NCBI GenBank assembly: GCA_964559555.1
Contig: CAZLHM010000001.1
Span: forward strand, 49,230-113,229
From: an uncultured Candidatus Bathyarchaeia archaeon
GTDB lineage: Archaea > Thermoproteota > Bathyarchaeia > 40CM-2-53-6
Length of the DNA stretch: 64,000 bases
Direction: 5' to 3'
Made by a program: the position numbers and the translations under genes. Below the pieces are notes generated by a model that did no database searches, was not told the origin of the DNA, and saw only the letters and a program-made list of their open reading frames with translations. This document shows, in pieces, positions 1 through 9,342 of the stretch (positions within the stretch are counted from its first letter, which is position 1; each line of letters starts with the position of its first letter).

Positions 1-515
1 CCTTGCGCAACAAATACCAGCGCTGCAATCGCAGCAACGTATGAGGCTTCGTCCTTTGGTAACGCGACTAGTTGTGCCCTCACGGATGCTCCCTTCGCCT
101 TCATCTTCGAAATGTCAATTATCGGAATCGCGACAACAATCACGCCAACTACTATCACGGTAAGTGCAAGGTTCAGGTTCTCGATATCACCGCCCCCTAC
201 ACCATACAGTCTCGGTATTGCCTCTCGGAGTGTCTCGACGCTCATGAAGAAGATTAGAATGGTTGCTGAAACCATCGCTGCAACATTCTGCGCTCGACCA
301 TGACCAAACATGTGAACCTCGTCCGCCGGCCTGCGAGACCAATGCGCGGACAACAAGAGAAAAGTGGAGATCAGAACGTCACTCAACATCTCAAACGCCT
401 GTGCCAACAATACAAGGATGTTCGTAACAAGAAATGCTGCAAGTTGAATGATGACCAGCAACACGTAGGCTGCCAAGGAGAGCTTGATGCCACGCGTTCC
501 TACGGCGTGTTCCAC
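1..515 (-). CDS. Cation diffusion facilitator (CDF) family metal efflux protein, partial (C-terminus runs off the left edge)
   Basis: Minus-strand translation gives MEHAVGTRGIKLSLAAYVLLVIIQLAAFLVTN...AFEMLSDVLIS...ADEVHMFGHGRAQNVAAMVSATILIFF, i.e. the CDF TM2 signature and the HxFGHGR motif. Probable GTG start near 513-515. There is no stop inside the window, so the ORF track lists no complete ORF here. Confidence 0.65.
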   Translation of the reverse strand, partial: MEHAVGTRGIKLSLAAYVLLVIIQLAAFLVTNILVLLAQAFEMLSDVLISTFLLLSAHWSRRPADEVHMFGHGRAQNVAAMVSATILIFFMSVETLREAIPRLYGVGGGDIENLNLALTVIVVGVIVVAIPIIDISKMKAKGASVRAQLVALPKDEASYVAAIAALVFVAQ

Positions 516-590
516 TATCGGAGCCAGCCTCAGTCCAGATGGATCGACTAAGTGATGTCAGCAGAAGAAGATGCCCATTACCTGGTCGGG

Positions 591-1739
591 CTAGAGTGCT
601 CTACGGAATCTGGTCAGTTCTTCGTGACCCTTCTCTGTAATCGCGACGGTGTCCTCGATTCTCACGCCGAACTCGCCTAGATAGAGACCACAATTGCCGA
701 TTGATATCACCATGCCAGGCTTGAGCTCGTCTTTGGGTTCCTCGCCATGGAAGAACGCGTGTCCAGCAGGTAGTGGCGGCTCCTCGAACTCCAATCCCAC
801 ACCATGAATTGGAGGACCCACAAAGTACTCCTCGTATCCTTCCTTCTCGAAGATCCCATGCATGATGTTCTCCAGATTTGTCATCGTCGTGTTCGGCCCG
901 GCGGCTTCTACTGAGGCTCTCTGCGCTTTCAGGTATACGTCAAAGGCCTTGTGTTGTTTCTCTGGTGGTTTCCCGACGCAGACCGTCCGGCATAGGTCAG
1001 CGTGATATCCGTCGACTGTGGGGTGAAGGTCGATCATCACTAGGTCGCCTTTCTTCAATCTTCTACGGCCCACTACTCCGTGAGCGATCGAGGATCTCGG
1101 TCCTGAGGCGATATAGGTTCTGAAGAATTCCTCCGCCCCGTTCTTCCTCATCATATATTCCGCTTCGCCCGCAATCTCCACCTCGGACACTCGTGGCTTG
1201 GCAGCTTTGACAGCGGCAGCCATTGCTTTGTCTGCGACTCGGCTTGCCTTGCGGATCTTCTCAATCTCTTCGGCTGATTTGATGATTCTCAGGTTTGTCA
1301 TTATCTCAGTCGCATCTGAGAATTCGAGCGCTTCGGGTTTGGCGTGGGGATGCTTGAACATCTCGAGCATTGAAACCTTCAGGAATGTCTTCTCGGCTCC
1401 AATCTTGCCTTTCTCTAGGCCGAGCTCCTTCCAGACGTGCATGAGGGAGTGAAGCATCCCAACCTCGTCATCGAACCCGAGAATATGCTCGGACGCGCAT
1501 CCTTTCTTTGTGTCCTCTACGTCGGTCTTCGGAACGCCAACATACGTGGTTCCGTTTCTGGCGACAATCGCAAAGGCACACAGTCTGCCGTCGCCGACAA
1601 GGTAGCTCATGTTCTGAGGCTTCGTCAATAGAATCGCGTCGAGGCCGGCCTTCTCCATCAACTCGCCGGCCCTTTGGATGCGCTGCCGGAATACTTCGCT
1701 GCCGACCAAGTGGCCTCTGTGGTAGGTTTCTTTCTCCAC
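591..1739 (-). CDS. M24 family Xaa-Pro aminopeptidase / prolidase
   Basis: 382 aa with an N-terminal creatinase-like region and a C-terminal pita-bread fold carrying the metal-ligand His/Glu pattern (HGVGLEFEE, GMVISIG, VRIEDTV). Confidence 0.8.
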   Translation of the reverse strand: MEKETYHRGHLVGSEVFRQRIQRAGELMEKAGLDAILLTKPQNMSYLVGDGRLCAFAIVARNGTTYVGVPKTDVEDTKKGCASEHILGFDDEVGMLHSLMHVWKELGLEKGKIGAEKTFLKVSMLEMFKHPHAKPEALEFSDATEIMTNLRIIKSAEEIEKIRKASRVADKAMAAAVKAAKPRVSEVEIAGEAEYMMRKNGAEEFFRTYIASGPRSSIAHGVVGRRRLKKGDLVMIDLHPTVDGYHADLCRTVCVGKPPEKQHKAFDVYLKAQRASVEAAGPNTTMTNLENIMHGIFEKEGYEEYFVGPPIHGVGLEFEEPPLPAGHAFFHGEEPKDELKPGMVISIGNCGLYLGEFGVRIEDTVAITEKGHEELTRFRRAL

Positions 1740-1762
1740 GTCGAACCCACCTGAACGGTGAT

Positions 1763-1888
1763 CTACGTGGACTTGACGTACTTCTCAGGGTTCCGATCGA
1801 ACTTCTGCTTACACATAGGCGCGCAGAAGTAGTAGGTCTTCCCTTTGTATTCGGACTTCCACTTTGCGGTCTTCTCATCTATCTCCAT
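1763..1888 (-). CDS. YHS-domain small metal-binding protein
   Basis: C-terminal KTYYFCAPMCKQKFDRNPEKY is a YHS/TRASH-type motif. The functional start is probably the internal Met (MEIDEK...) rather than the 76-aa ORF start. Confidence 0.55.
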   Translation of the reverse strand: MEIDEKTAKWKSEYKGKTYYFCAPMCKQKFDRNPEKYVKST

Positions 1889-1996
1889 TTGGCAAACTAT
1901 GTCTAATACCACACGGAAACCTCCTCGCCGAGTAGTCCATGGCAGGAGGGAAATCTGTCTTGCGATTCTCTTCTGCCAAGGTTGGGTTAGCAATTG

Positions 1997-3814
1997 TCAG
2001 ATTGCGTATGTCTCCGCCAACTGCTTTGAGGCATCATGTAGCTTCAGCTCGGATAGGATGCTGACGGTTGGGACGCCATCGCTTGTCCATCCCCGGAGCC
2101 TGTAATACTCGTCGAGCATCGGGTCTAGGGCCACTGTGACATTCTTCGAGTGCCCTTCTGGGAGGGGCGTCTCGACGAGCCTCTTGGGCAGCGAGTCGTC
2201 CTTTCTGGTGAATCCTTCTCTCGCGTTGAAAGCACGTTCGAGGTTGTAGATTCTCTCACCAATACTGATCAGATCCCTTCCGGTGAAGGCAACATCTGTG
2301 ACAGCTCCAAGCAGTCGTGCGTAATGGTCTGGGTTCATGGCAAACTGAGAGAAACGACAGAGGACCATCGAATCGGTGGCGGCGGAGATGTTCTGTAGCA
2401 ACACAACAAGGCTGGCTTTTCCTTCTTTCTTGAAACGGTCGATCAAAGCCGGGTTTCCGAGGACCTCTGGAGAGGTCATGTATGCGCGGAGATGGCATGC
2501 ACCGCGGTTCGACGTCGCATACGCGAGCCCCATGCCCTGGACTCCTCGGGGGTCGTAGGCCGGCATCTCAAGCGCTTTCACGCTCATTGAGAGTTCGGGG
2601 TTTCCATGCTTTCGCGCGAACCGCAGGGAACCTTCAGAGAGCTCTTCTCCAATCCCTGACCGCTCGCCGATCAATGTGACCAAGTTCACCATGGCGTCCG
2701 CGTCGCCGAACTTGGGGCCTGACGCAAGATGGCCCGCGCTCGTGAGTTCCATCGCGCACGCTATCGTGCTCCCGGCGGATATTGTGTCGATGCCATACTC
2801 GTTGCAGAGATAGTTCGCTTCCGCGATGGCTTCCAGATCGCGTACTCCACACGCTGCGCCGAATGACCAGACGGTTTCATACTCTGGGCCTTCACCCTGC
2901 CTTTCTCGTTCTGGGAGTTTCGTCTCTCTTCCGCATGCGATGGTGCAAGCGTCGCACGCGACTCGCTTCTCGAGTATGCGTTCCCTGATCGTCTCTCCGG
3001 AGATGGCGTCGGCGTCTTCGAAGTATCCCTTCTGGAAGTTGAGGGTCGGTAGCGCTCCGATCTCGTTGATGACGTTAACGAGCACAGCGGTTCCGTAGTT
3101 CGGCAATGCGTCCTTTGTGACCGGATTCTTGGCAACTGCTTCGAGGCTCAACCGAGCTACGGTCGTGAATTCTTCTCTGTTTGCTATGGTGGTTTCGTGG
3201 CTGCCAAGGACAGCGATGGCTTTCAGTTTCTTCGAGCCCATGACGGCTCCGACGCCACCTCTTCCTGCCGCCCTGTGCTTGTCGTTCATGATGGCGCTGA
3301 TCAGGACCTGCCGTTCACCTGCCGGACCGATACAGGCGACCTTCGCGTCCTTCGCCGTCTCTGACCTGACCGTGTCCTCGGTTACATGGGTGTTAGATCC
3401 ACAGAGATGATCGGCGTTGCGTATCTCGACCGAATCGTCACGGATCCACAGGTAGCTCGGCCTCTCGCCTCGACCCTCCACTACTACCGCGTCCCAGCCA
3501 CAGCGTTTCAGCTGAACGCCAAAATGCCCACCCGAATTCGAGTCGAAGATCGTACCTGTCAGCGGAGACCTAGTGATGACAGAATATCGGCCTGATGTTG
3601 GGGTGCCGGTTCCAGTCAATGGTCCAGTTGCGAAGACCATCTTATTCTCGGGAGAGAGCGGGTTGGTTCCGCGCGGAACCTCACGGAAGAGAATCTCAAC
3701 CCCCAAACCTCGTCCACCGAGGTAGAGCTCCATCTGCTCCTTCGTCAGTGATTCGGTGGAGATACCCTGCTTGGTAAGGTCTATTCTGAGAACCTTGCCC
3801 ATCCAACCAAACAA
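1997..3814 (-). CDS. aor: Aldehyde:ferredoxin oxidoreductase (tungsten-containing AOR family)
   Basis: 605 aa, the typical AOR length, with an N-terminal MFGWMGKVLRIDLT start and conserved AOR motifs (GPLTG, Cys-rich 4Fe-4S region CDACTIACGRE). Confidence 0.85.
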   Translation of the reverse strand: MFGWMGKVLRIDLTKQGISTESLTKEQMELYLGGRGLGVEILFREVPRGTNPLSPENKMVFATGPLTGTGTPTSGRYSVITRSPLTGTIFDSNSGGHFGVQLKRCGWDAVVVEGRGERPSYLWIRDDSVEIRNADHLCGSNTHVTEDTVRSETAKDAKVACIGPAGERQVLISAIMNDKHRAAGRGGVGAVMGSKKLKAIAVLGSHETTIANREEFTTVARLSLEAVAKNPVTKDALPNYGTAVLVNVINEIGALPTLNFQKGYFEDADAISGETIRERILEKRVACDACTIACGRETKLPERERQGEGPEYETVWSFGAACGVRDLEAIAEANYLCNEYGIDTISAGSTIACAMELTSAGHLASGPKFGDADAMVNLVTLIGERSGIGEELSEGSLRFARKHGNPELSMSVKALEMPAYDPRGVQGMGLAYATSNRGACHLRAYMTSPEVLGNPALIDRFKKEGKASLVVLLQNISAATDSMVLCRFSQFAMNPDHYARLLGAVTDVAFTGRDLISIGERIYNLERAFNAREGFTRKDDSLPKRLVETPLPEGHSKNVTVALDPMLDEYYRLRGWTSDGVPTVSILSELKLHDASKQLAETYAI

Positions 3815-3833
3815 GACCGCGTAGCCTCCGCGC

Positions 3834-4754
3834 CTAGAAGTCTTTGAATTTCCTGTACGCGTTGTCAGGACATGTTTTGCATTTCTTCACGTAGACTGTC
3901 TGTATCTCGAGCGGTTGTTTCGAGACATAGTTGCTGGGGCATATCTTGCATGGGACCTCTTCCACAAACCACGATTCATCGTACTTGGCCCAGTTCAGCG
4001 AATTCACAATATTGACGCCGTTGCTCGTCCCAATTCGGAACTTGTCTGGTCTAAGCAGATTCGGCGAGTCTGCGGCAGCGTATATGCATCTGATCGCCTC
4101 GAGGAAATTGGTGACACCACCAGCGGCTTTCACACCCAATCTGTCCCCGACTGTGTCGCGCATGAGCCTTAGATGTACCGGATACGCCGCCATTGGTCCG
4201 AAACCAGTTGAGGTCTTCACGAAACTGGCGCCGGCTTCCTCCGAGATTCGACAGGCCTCGACGATCTCTTGATCCGTGAGGTATCCGGTTTCGAGGATCA
4301 CCTTCACTGGTGCCCCATCCGCGTTCTTTACAACCGCGCCGATATCGTCCCGAATGAATTCGTGTAGTGTTTGGCTCTCGCCTCCGGAGGCTGTGGTCAT
4401 CTCGCGAACCTTTCCAACGTTGATGACCATGTCAATCTCGGTCGCTCCTTTTGTGATCGCATCTGTGGTCTCGAACGCTTTCGACTCCATCGTCGACTGA
4501 CCGAATGGGAAACCAACGACGCTCGCCACGCCTACGGGACTTGATTTTGACCTGAGATACTGCGAGGCTTCACGTACCCAACATGGGTTCACACAGACAG
4601 ACGCAAATCGGTGCGTATCAGCCTCATCACATAACGATCGTATCTTCCTCTTGAGAACGTGAGGCCTCAGCTCCGTGTGATCAATCACGCTCGCCAGCTG
4701 CTCTTCGCTAAGCTGGTCGGCGACTTGACGAAGCGCCTGAAAGGTGATTCTCAT
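3834..4754 (-). CDS. deoC: Deoxyribose-phosphate aldolase with a C-terminal Cys-rich (CxxC...CxxC) extension
   Basis: Carries the DeoC motifs ASVCVNPCWV, FVKTSTGF and VKAAGGV. The C-terminal ~45 aa (PCKICPSNY...KKCKTCPDN) look like a zinc ribbon. Confidence 0.75.
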   Translation of the reverse strand: MRITFQALRQVADQLSEEQLASVIDHTELRPHVLKRKIRSLCDEADTHRFASVCVNPCWVREASQYLRSKSSPVGVASVVGFPFGQSTMESKAFETTDAITKGATEIDMVINVGKVREMTTASGGESQTLHEFIRDDIGAVVKNADGAPVKVILETGYLTDQEIVEACRISEEAGASFVKTSTGFGPMAAYPVHLRLMRDTVGDRLGVKAAGGVTNFLEAIRCIYAAADSPNLLRPDKFRIGTSNGVNIVNSLNWAKYDESWFVEEVPCKICPSNYVSKQPLEIQTVYVKKCKTCPDNAYRKFKDF

Positions 4755-4974
4755 GAGTTTCTCTGATGATCAAGGGAGCGTTTAAGGTGAATGAACCTTC
4801 CGACTGACATGATCAGTAGACTACTTGCTAACGCTACGAGCCGGTCATACGGAAAGAAGAGCGCATAGTCATGCGGATCCCACGAATCGTCTGGACTTTC
4901 ACCGAGCATCGGTTCATGCATGGCTGTTGGGATGAGCCTCTCTACTGCGTGTCTTGGCTAGCGCGCCTAGACCC

Positions 4975-5307
4975 CTAGCTCACTAGTTGGAATCGAAAGG
5001 TTTCGCTAACGGATGTCATCTGTCCGAAATGCTCGTCCTTTGTCACCAATCTCGCTTTCAAGCGTAGGCAAACGGCTGCGATGAGTATGTCAACTGCCGG
5101 CATAGGTGTACCCTTGGCTAGCAGCCGGCTCGACAGACGGACTGCTTCATCGTAGTCTTGTGCAGTCGGGTAAACTGCGGTGACATGCTCTAGACTCAAG
5201 GCCTTAGGGAACTCAACTACGTTGAGCACTGTCGTGAGCCCAGTAGGGTCTTTGCCTTCCTTGACGGCATCTATGAGGTAGCTCGTGTCGTAGAGATCCT
5301 CTGCCAT
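4975..5307 (-). CDS. vapC: PIN-domain toxin (VapC-like)
   Basis: 110 aa with the N-terminal LYDTSYLID acidic PIN signature. It overlaps the upstream small ORF by ~37 nt, the usual TA arrangement. Confidence 0.65.
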   Translation of the reverse strand: MAEDLYDTSYLIDAVKEGKDPTGLTTVLNVVEFPKALSLEHVTAVYPTAQDYDEAVRLSSRLLAKGTPMPAVDILIAAVCLRLKARLVTKDEHFGQMTSVSETFRFQLVS

Positions 5308-5585
5308 TCGAGAGCCCTCGCTCTTTCGTAGTAGCGTTCGGCTTGCTCTAGAGTGATCTTGGAAAGGTCGATGCCATCTCCTTCAACGATTAATCTTAAC
5401 TGACGAGTTGTCCTCGAGCGGCCTTCAAGGTCCTCCAGATATTCGATAATCGCACGCCGAACGACTTCACTCCAACGCACCTCAGGGTGCGTTTTCATGC
5501 GCTGACGCACTTCTTCTGGAACGGCAAGAGTGACGTTGACCATGGCGGGGATATGTGAACTCACATATTTAAGTGATTTCGCCAT
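5271..5585 (-). CDS. Putative VapB-like antitoxin (DNA-binding)
   Basis: 104-aa ORF immediately upstream of and overlapping the PIN gene on the same strand. It has no strong motif itself, so the call is positional. Confidence 0.4.
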   Translation of the reverse strand: MAKSLKYVSSHIPAMVNVTLAVPEEVRQRMKTHPEVRWSEVVRRAIIEYLEDLEGRSRTTRQLRLIVEGDGIDLSKITLEQAERYYERARALEWQRISTTRATS

Positions 5586-6568
5586 CAGAGCTCAAGCCAT
5601 TTCCCGACGCCGCCTTTCTTGGCGAGCTCGTAGATTTTCACCGCGACGGCCATGTCCTCGATGGCGAGGCCGAGGTTCATCGTCATGATGCGTTCGTCTT
5701 CAGACTCTCTTCCTGCTTTCTGACGTACAACGATCTCACCGAGGTCCGCGTAGACGTTCGGAATGTCTCTAAAGTACCCAACGGACCGATAGTACAGCAA
5801 CTGCTGTATGTCATCGGTGCAGAACTTGTGCATCGAATGCATCGCCTCGGGCTTCCAGTAGGAGTCAAAATCGATGGGGCAAGCGAAGACTCCCTCTCTG
5901 ATCCAAGACCCCTCTATCGGCGGATGTGGGTCCTTCAGTATCGGTCCTGCCGTCACGATCACGTCGGAACCCTGAACGGCTTCACGCGAATCCTTCACGG
6001 GCCTCATTGAGAGGCCATATTCGTCGTGCATTTCGTGCACGTAACGCTCCAAGTTTGGCTTCGAGATGTCGTACGCTCTGACTTCCTCAAGGTTCTTGAG
6101 AACCTCTCGAAGTGCTTCGAGGTTGCTTCGCCCTTGGACCCCGCATCCCAGTATACCCAGAACCTTGGAGTCTTTCCTCGCAAGATACCTTGCGGCGACG
6201 GCCGTGGCGGCGCCGGTGCGTTTCGCGGTTATCCAGGTTGCATCCATAACGGCTATGGGAAATCCAGTGTCGGGATCGTTCAAGACGAGCAAGCCTGAGA
6301 TGTAAGGTAACCCTCTGCTTTGGTTGTCAGGATACCCGCTGATCCACTTGACTCCGGCCGCACGTAGCTTTGGAAGATATGCGGGCATCGCGTGAATGAA
6401 AGCATCAGGCGCCGTATGAATGCCGGGCTTAGGCGGCATCTCCACACTATGCTTGCCTTTCTCAATGAACGCCTCCTCTACTGAGGCGATTACATTGGAC
6501 ATCGGGAGTTCGATTGCTTCAACATCCGCACGGGACAGGAACAGAAGATCGCCAGATTGACTAGGCAT
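5585..6568 (-). CDS. Ornithine cyclodeaminase / mu-crystallin family protein (archaeal alanine dehydrogenase-like)
   Basis: 327 aa with the OCD_Mu_crystallin NAD-binding Rossmann motif GILGCGVQG. Confidence 0.7.
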   Translation of the reverse strand: MPSQSGDLLFLSRADVEAIELPMSNVIASVEEAFIEKGKHSVEMPPKPGIHTAPDAFIHAMPAYLPKLRAAGVKWISGYPDNQSRGLPYISGLLVLNDPDTGFPIAVMDATWITAKRTGAATAVAARYLARKDSKVLGILGCGVQGRSNLEALREVLKNLEEVRAYDISKPNLERYVHEMHDEYGLSMRPVKDSREAVQGSDVIVTAGPILKDPHPPIEGSWIREGVFACPIDFDSYWKPEAMHSMHKFCTDDIQQLLYYRSVGYFRDIPNVYADLGEIVVRQKAGRESEDERIMTMNLGLAIEDMAVAVKIYELAKKGGVGKWLEL

Positions 6569-6701
6569 AGCTCGCCCTGCTTCCTTGATACGTTTAGATT
6601 GGTAACTCTTTCTTCAAGCCAGCTCAGCATATGGTACATGCGATCAGACTGTGAAATGTGCGTGCACAGTCAAGGCTTGGAAAGCGGACCCGTCCGGGGC
6701 A

Positions 6702-7160
6702 TTATCGTAGAGATATTCTGGGATCTTCCTTGATGACCTTCGCCACAACTTGTGTGCTCGTTCTTTCAATGTCGGGCATGCTGCTGATCTTCTCAAGCTT
6801 GCGCATGTAATCCTCGCGGTCGTTCGCTCGGATCAGGAGAATGAAATCGTTGTCACCCAAGACGTAGTAGACAGCCCACACGCCGGGAATCGCGGCGATC
6901 CTCTGTCCGATCCTCTCGTGATAGTGAGGACCATACTTCGCACGGACCAGGACCACAACCAAGTAGTCCATCCCGACCTTTGTCGCGTTGACCTTTGCAA
7001 AGTAATGCTCTATTACTCCAGTCTGCTCAAGTCTTCGCATTCTATAGTGGACGGTTGACTTCGGGATGCCCAGCCTCTTCGCGATCGTCTCGAGCGGAGT
7101 TCTACAGTCCCCCTGAAGGACTTCCAGAACTTGGATGTCGATCTTGTCGAGCTGCGCCAT
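6702..7160 (-). CDS. lrp: Lrp/AsnC family transcriptional regulator
   Basis: N-terminal HTH (DKIDIQVLEVLQGDCRTPLETIAKRLGIPKSTVHYRMRRLE) followed by a RAM/AsnC_trans ligand-binding domain. The start is placed at the internal MAQLD. Confidence 0.85.
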   Translation of the reverse strand: MAQLDKIDIQVLEVLQGDCRTPLETIAKRLGIPKSTVHYRMRRLEQTGVIEHYFAKVNATKVGMDYLVVVLVRAKYGPHYHERIGQRIAAIPGVWAVYYVLGDNDFILLIRANDREDYMRKLEKISSMPDIERTSTQVVAKVIKEDPRISLR

Positions 7161-7311
7161 GGACCTCTTGGAGGACTTCGAATCAGCTTCTTTGCCTCTC
7201 GATCTCCTCAAGACCCTCACTCAGGACACTAATGGCTTGATCCAACTCTTCGGTAGATATGATTAGCGGAGGTTGAAGTCGTGCGACGCCTCCGTTGACG
7301 CCACCGTGTTC

Positions 7312-8169
7312 TCAGTCCTTCCAAGAAGAAGCTAGATCTGTCAATCTGGTGAAGTATACCCCCGGCTTTGAGGCTATGTTTCGAATCAGTCTTTCAAGCA
7401 TCATTATGCGATGCCCTCTACCTATCACTTGAGGATGCATCGTCAGCGTGAGAACACCTAATGGGACATTCTCATACATGTATTGGAAATCAGCTTCCCA
7501 GTTCTCCTGTACGGCAGATGCTGCTCTGAGACCAGGCCAGACAGAGGACGGCAACATGGTGTATTCAAAGTGCTCCCAGTCGCTCAAGGACCAGGCAGGA
7601 GGAAACTCGATTAGATCGACTTCCTTGCCGAACTCGTAGGCTTTATCGATTGATGGTTTGTCCCCGATTCTACACTTGTAGGGCGTGTAGTCATCACCCA
7701 TCAGACTACTGTCGTACCTGAAACCATGGTCGCATAGAAGCCTGATTGTGTTGCTGCTTATGTCCCAAGATGGTGCGCGATAGCCCTTCGGCGTCTGCCC
7801 GACAACGGACTTGATTGATTCGATGCCTTTCAAAAGCTCTTCGAGTTCCTCTGATTCGCTCAGTTCAGTAGGGGTTCTGTGACCGTATCCGTGATGAGCA
7901 ATCTCATGACCTCTAGCGTTTATCTCTCCGACAAGTTCCGGATATGTGTCAACTGTGTGCCCCGGGACGAACCATGTCGTCGGTGTATGATACTTGTCTA
8001 GCAGTGATAGGAGCCTTGGAACTCCCACACGTGCCCCATACTCGCCCCTAGATACACAGCCAAGAGTATTCATTCGTAAACCCCCAAGCCAAACTGACAG
8101 AGCGTCAAAATCGAAGGTCAGGCAAATTGCACAGTTCTTGCCTTCGGGCAGTTGAATCGGCATGATCAC
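7312..8169 (-). CDS. Polysaccharide deacetylase (NodB / CE4 family)
   Basis: LTFDFDA (the TFDD-type catalytic motif) plus the downstream His-His metal-ligand pattern HEIAHHGYGH. Confidence 0.7.
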   Translation of the reverse strand: MIMPIQLPEGKNCAICLTFDFDALSVWLGGLRMNTLGCVSRGEYGARVGVPRLLSLLDKYHTPTTWFVPGHTVDTYPELVGEINARGHEIAHHGYGHRTPTELSESEELEELLKGIESIKSVVGQTPKGYRAPSWDISSNTIRLLCDHGFRYDSSLMGDDYTPYKCRIGDKPSIDKAYEFGKEVDLIEFPPAWSLSDWEHFEYTMLPSSVWPGLRAASAVQENWEADFQYMYENVPLGVLTLTMHPQVIGRGHRIMMLERLIRNIASKPGVYFTRLTDLASSWKD

Positions 8170-8671
8170 GTGCCAACTCCTAAGTGTGCGTGTTTGCAGA
8201 GCTTGCTGAGTCGATTGGGCCCGCTGGGTGGTACCAATATCGGGTGGCTGACTCTTGCGTTTCCATATTCATCCGATTTCATCTTAGTTCCCTTCTCTCG
8301 GACAGTCACCAGAAACTTGAGCTTGTGCGTAATCACTTGTGGCACCGATTGCGCACTCTCCTTCTTCATGAACTGACTCAAGGAAGGTTGCTGCGACTTC
8401 TTCAGGCGGAACACGACAGAGGAAAACGAACTCATTAGTGAAATCCATGCAGTAGTAGTCGCACTCGGGAAACCCGACGTTAAACGGAGCCGTATAGCGA
8501 TTTGGGCAAGATACGTGTGTGACCCTTCCCGTTGCGAAGAAAGATCGTCGTACTTGCATAGGCTTGTTTGAAGTGAGACAGACCGCACCGATAATCCATC
8601 CATGAGAGATGCCTATGAAGTCCAGAAAACGATGCCGCCTAATACGCCATTTCGCCAATTCCATGGCTGCT

Positions 8672-8920
8672 TCAACACATTTGCCTCCACCATTCTCTTA
8701 GAGAACTTTCTTCCCGGGCGTCCTCGGCAAGCCGACCCACATGAGAGCAATAGGAGTCTCTGTACGAGTAATGTGTGAATCCTACGCCGTGCTTCCGAAC
8801 GGCTTCGGCGGCTTCTGGGTGACGATGTCCAACATTCATAGCTACAAATCTGCTATCGAAATGGATGTAATGATTTCCGTCAATGTCAGTGACAATGGGA
8901 TCTTTGACGGACCGCCCCAC
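8672..8920 (-). pseudogene. N-terminal fragment (~80 aa) of a class-III (GabT/ArgD-like) aminotransferase
   Basis: IVTDIDGNHYIHFDSRFVAMNVGHRHPEAAEAVRKH aligns with the N-termini of the intact aminotransferases at 20680-23376 (VDGNEYVDY...GHGHP / DADGREYVDCFSG...GHRNP). The ORF ends after 82 aa and the surrounding 8.2-9.3 kb has no intact ORF. Confidence 0.5.
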
Positions 8921-9342
8921 CTGAGGATAGAGGAATGGTCGATTGCATGGTGAGACAGCTTCCTAACACTATTCAGGATTCCCAAGTCCTTTTGCCCTAG
9001 AGGTTTGACAGTCATGGACGGTTACTTGGTTAGACTATGCCATACGCTCAAGTGCCGCAAGCACCTGTGAACATACCTACGCCTAAAACCCTTTTCTCGG
9101 ATCCCGGATACACAGATTCGACCCTGCCGGATTCATAGGGCGATACCGAATCAAGTCCCTGCAGAACTTGCCGGCATGGTGTCGTTGCAGGCATAATCTA
9201 CCCAGACAGCCTTGGATGCACAAATTCCCGCCCGTGCGGCCACTGCTAGGATGACTGGTAAACCGATCCGAACCGATCTGGAAATCCTCCAACAAAAAGC
9301 TCTAGTACGGTATCTTAGTCAGTTCATGAAGAGGAAACTCGA

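Noticed and set aside
72-551. Three short plus-strand ORFs at the left edge (72..257, 112..303, 300..551)
   Set aside because: The minus strand here encodes a clear CDF transporter (HxFGHGR and TM2 signature) whose stop lies outside the window, so the plus-strand ORFs are shadows.
1468-1906. Antisense or overlapping ORFs within the M24 peptidase gene (1468..1878 -, 1508..1906 +), and similar shadow ORFs inside long genes elsewhere (e.g. 9319..9852, 27571..28101, 29365..30066, 53499..53945)
   Set aside because: They lie entirely inside, or antisense to, ORFs with strong family support. Their compositions are biased (Arg/Ser/Pro-rich) in the way typical of out-of-frame translation.
8284-8664. 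126-aa and 145-aa ORFs (8284..8664 -, 8166..8603 -) in the decayed region
   Set aside because: They are mutually overlapping, have no family signal, and sit in a region that otherwise looks like pseudogene debris.
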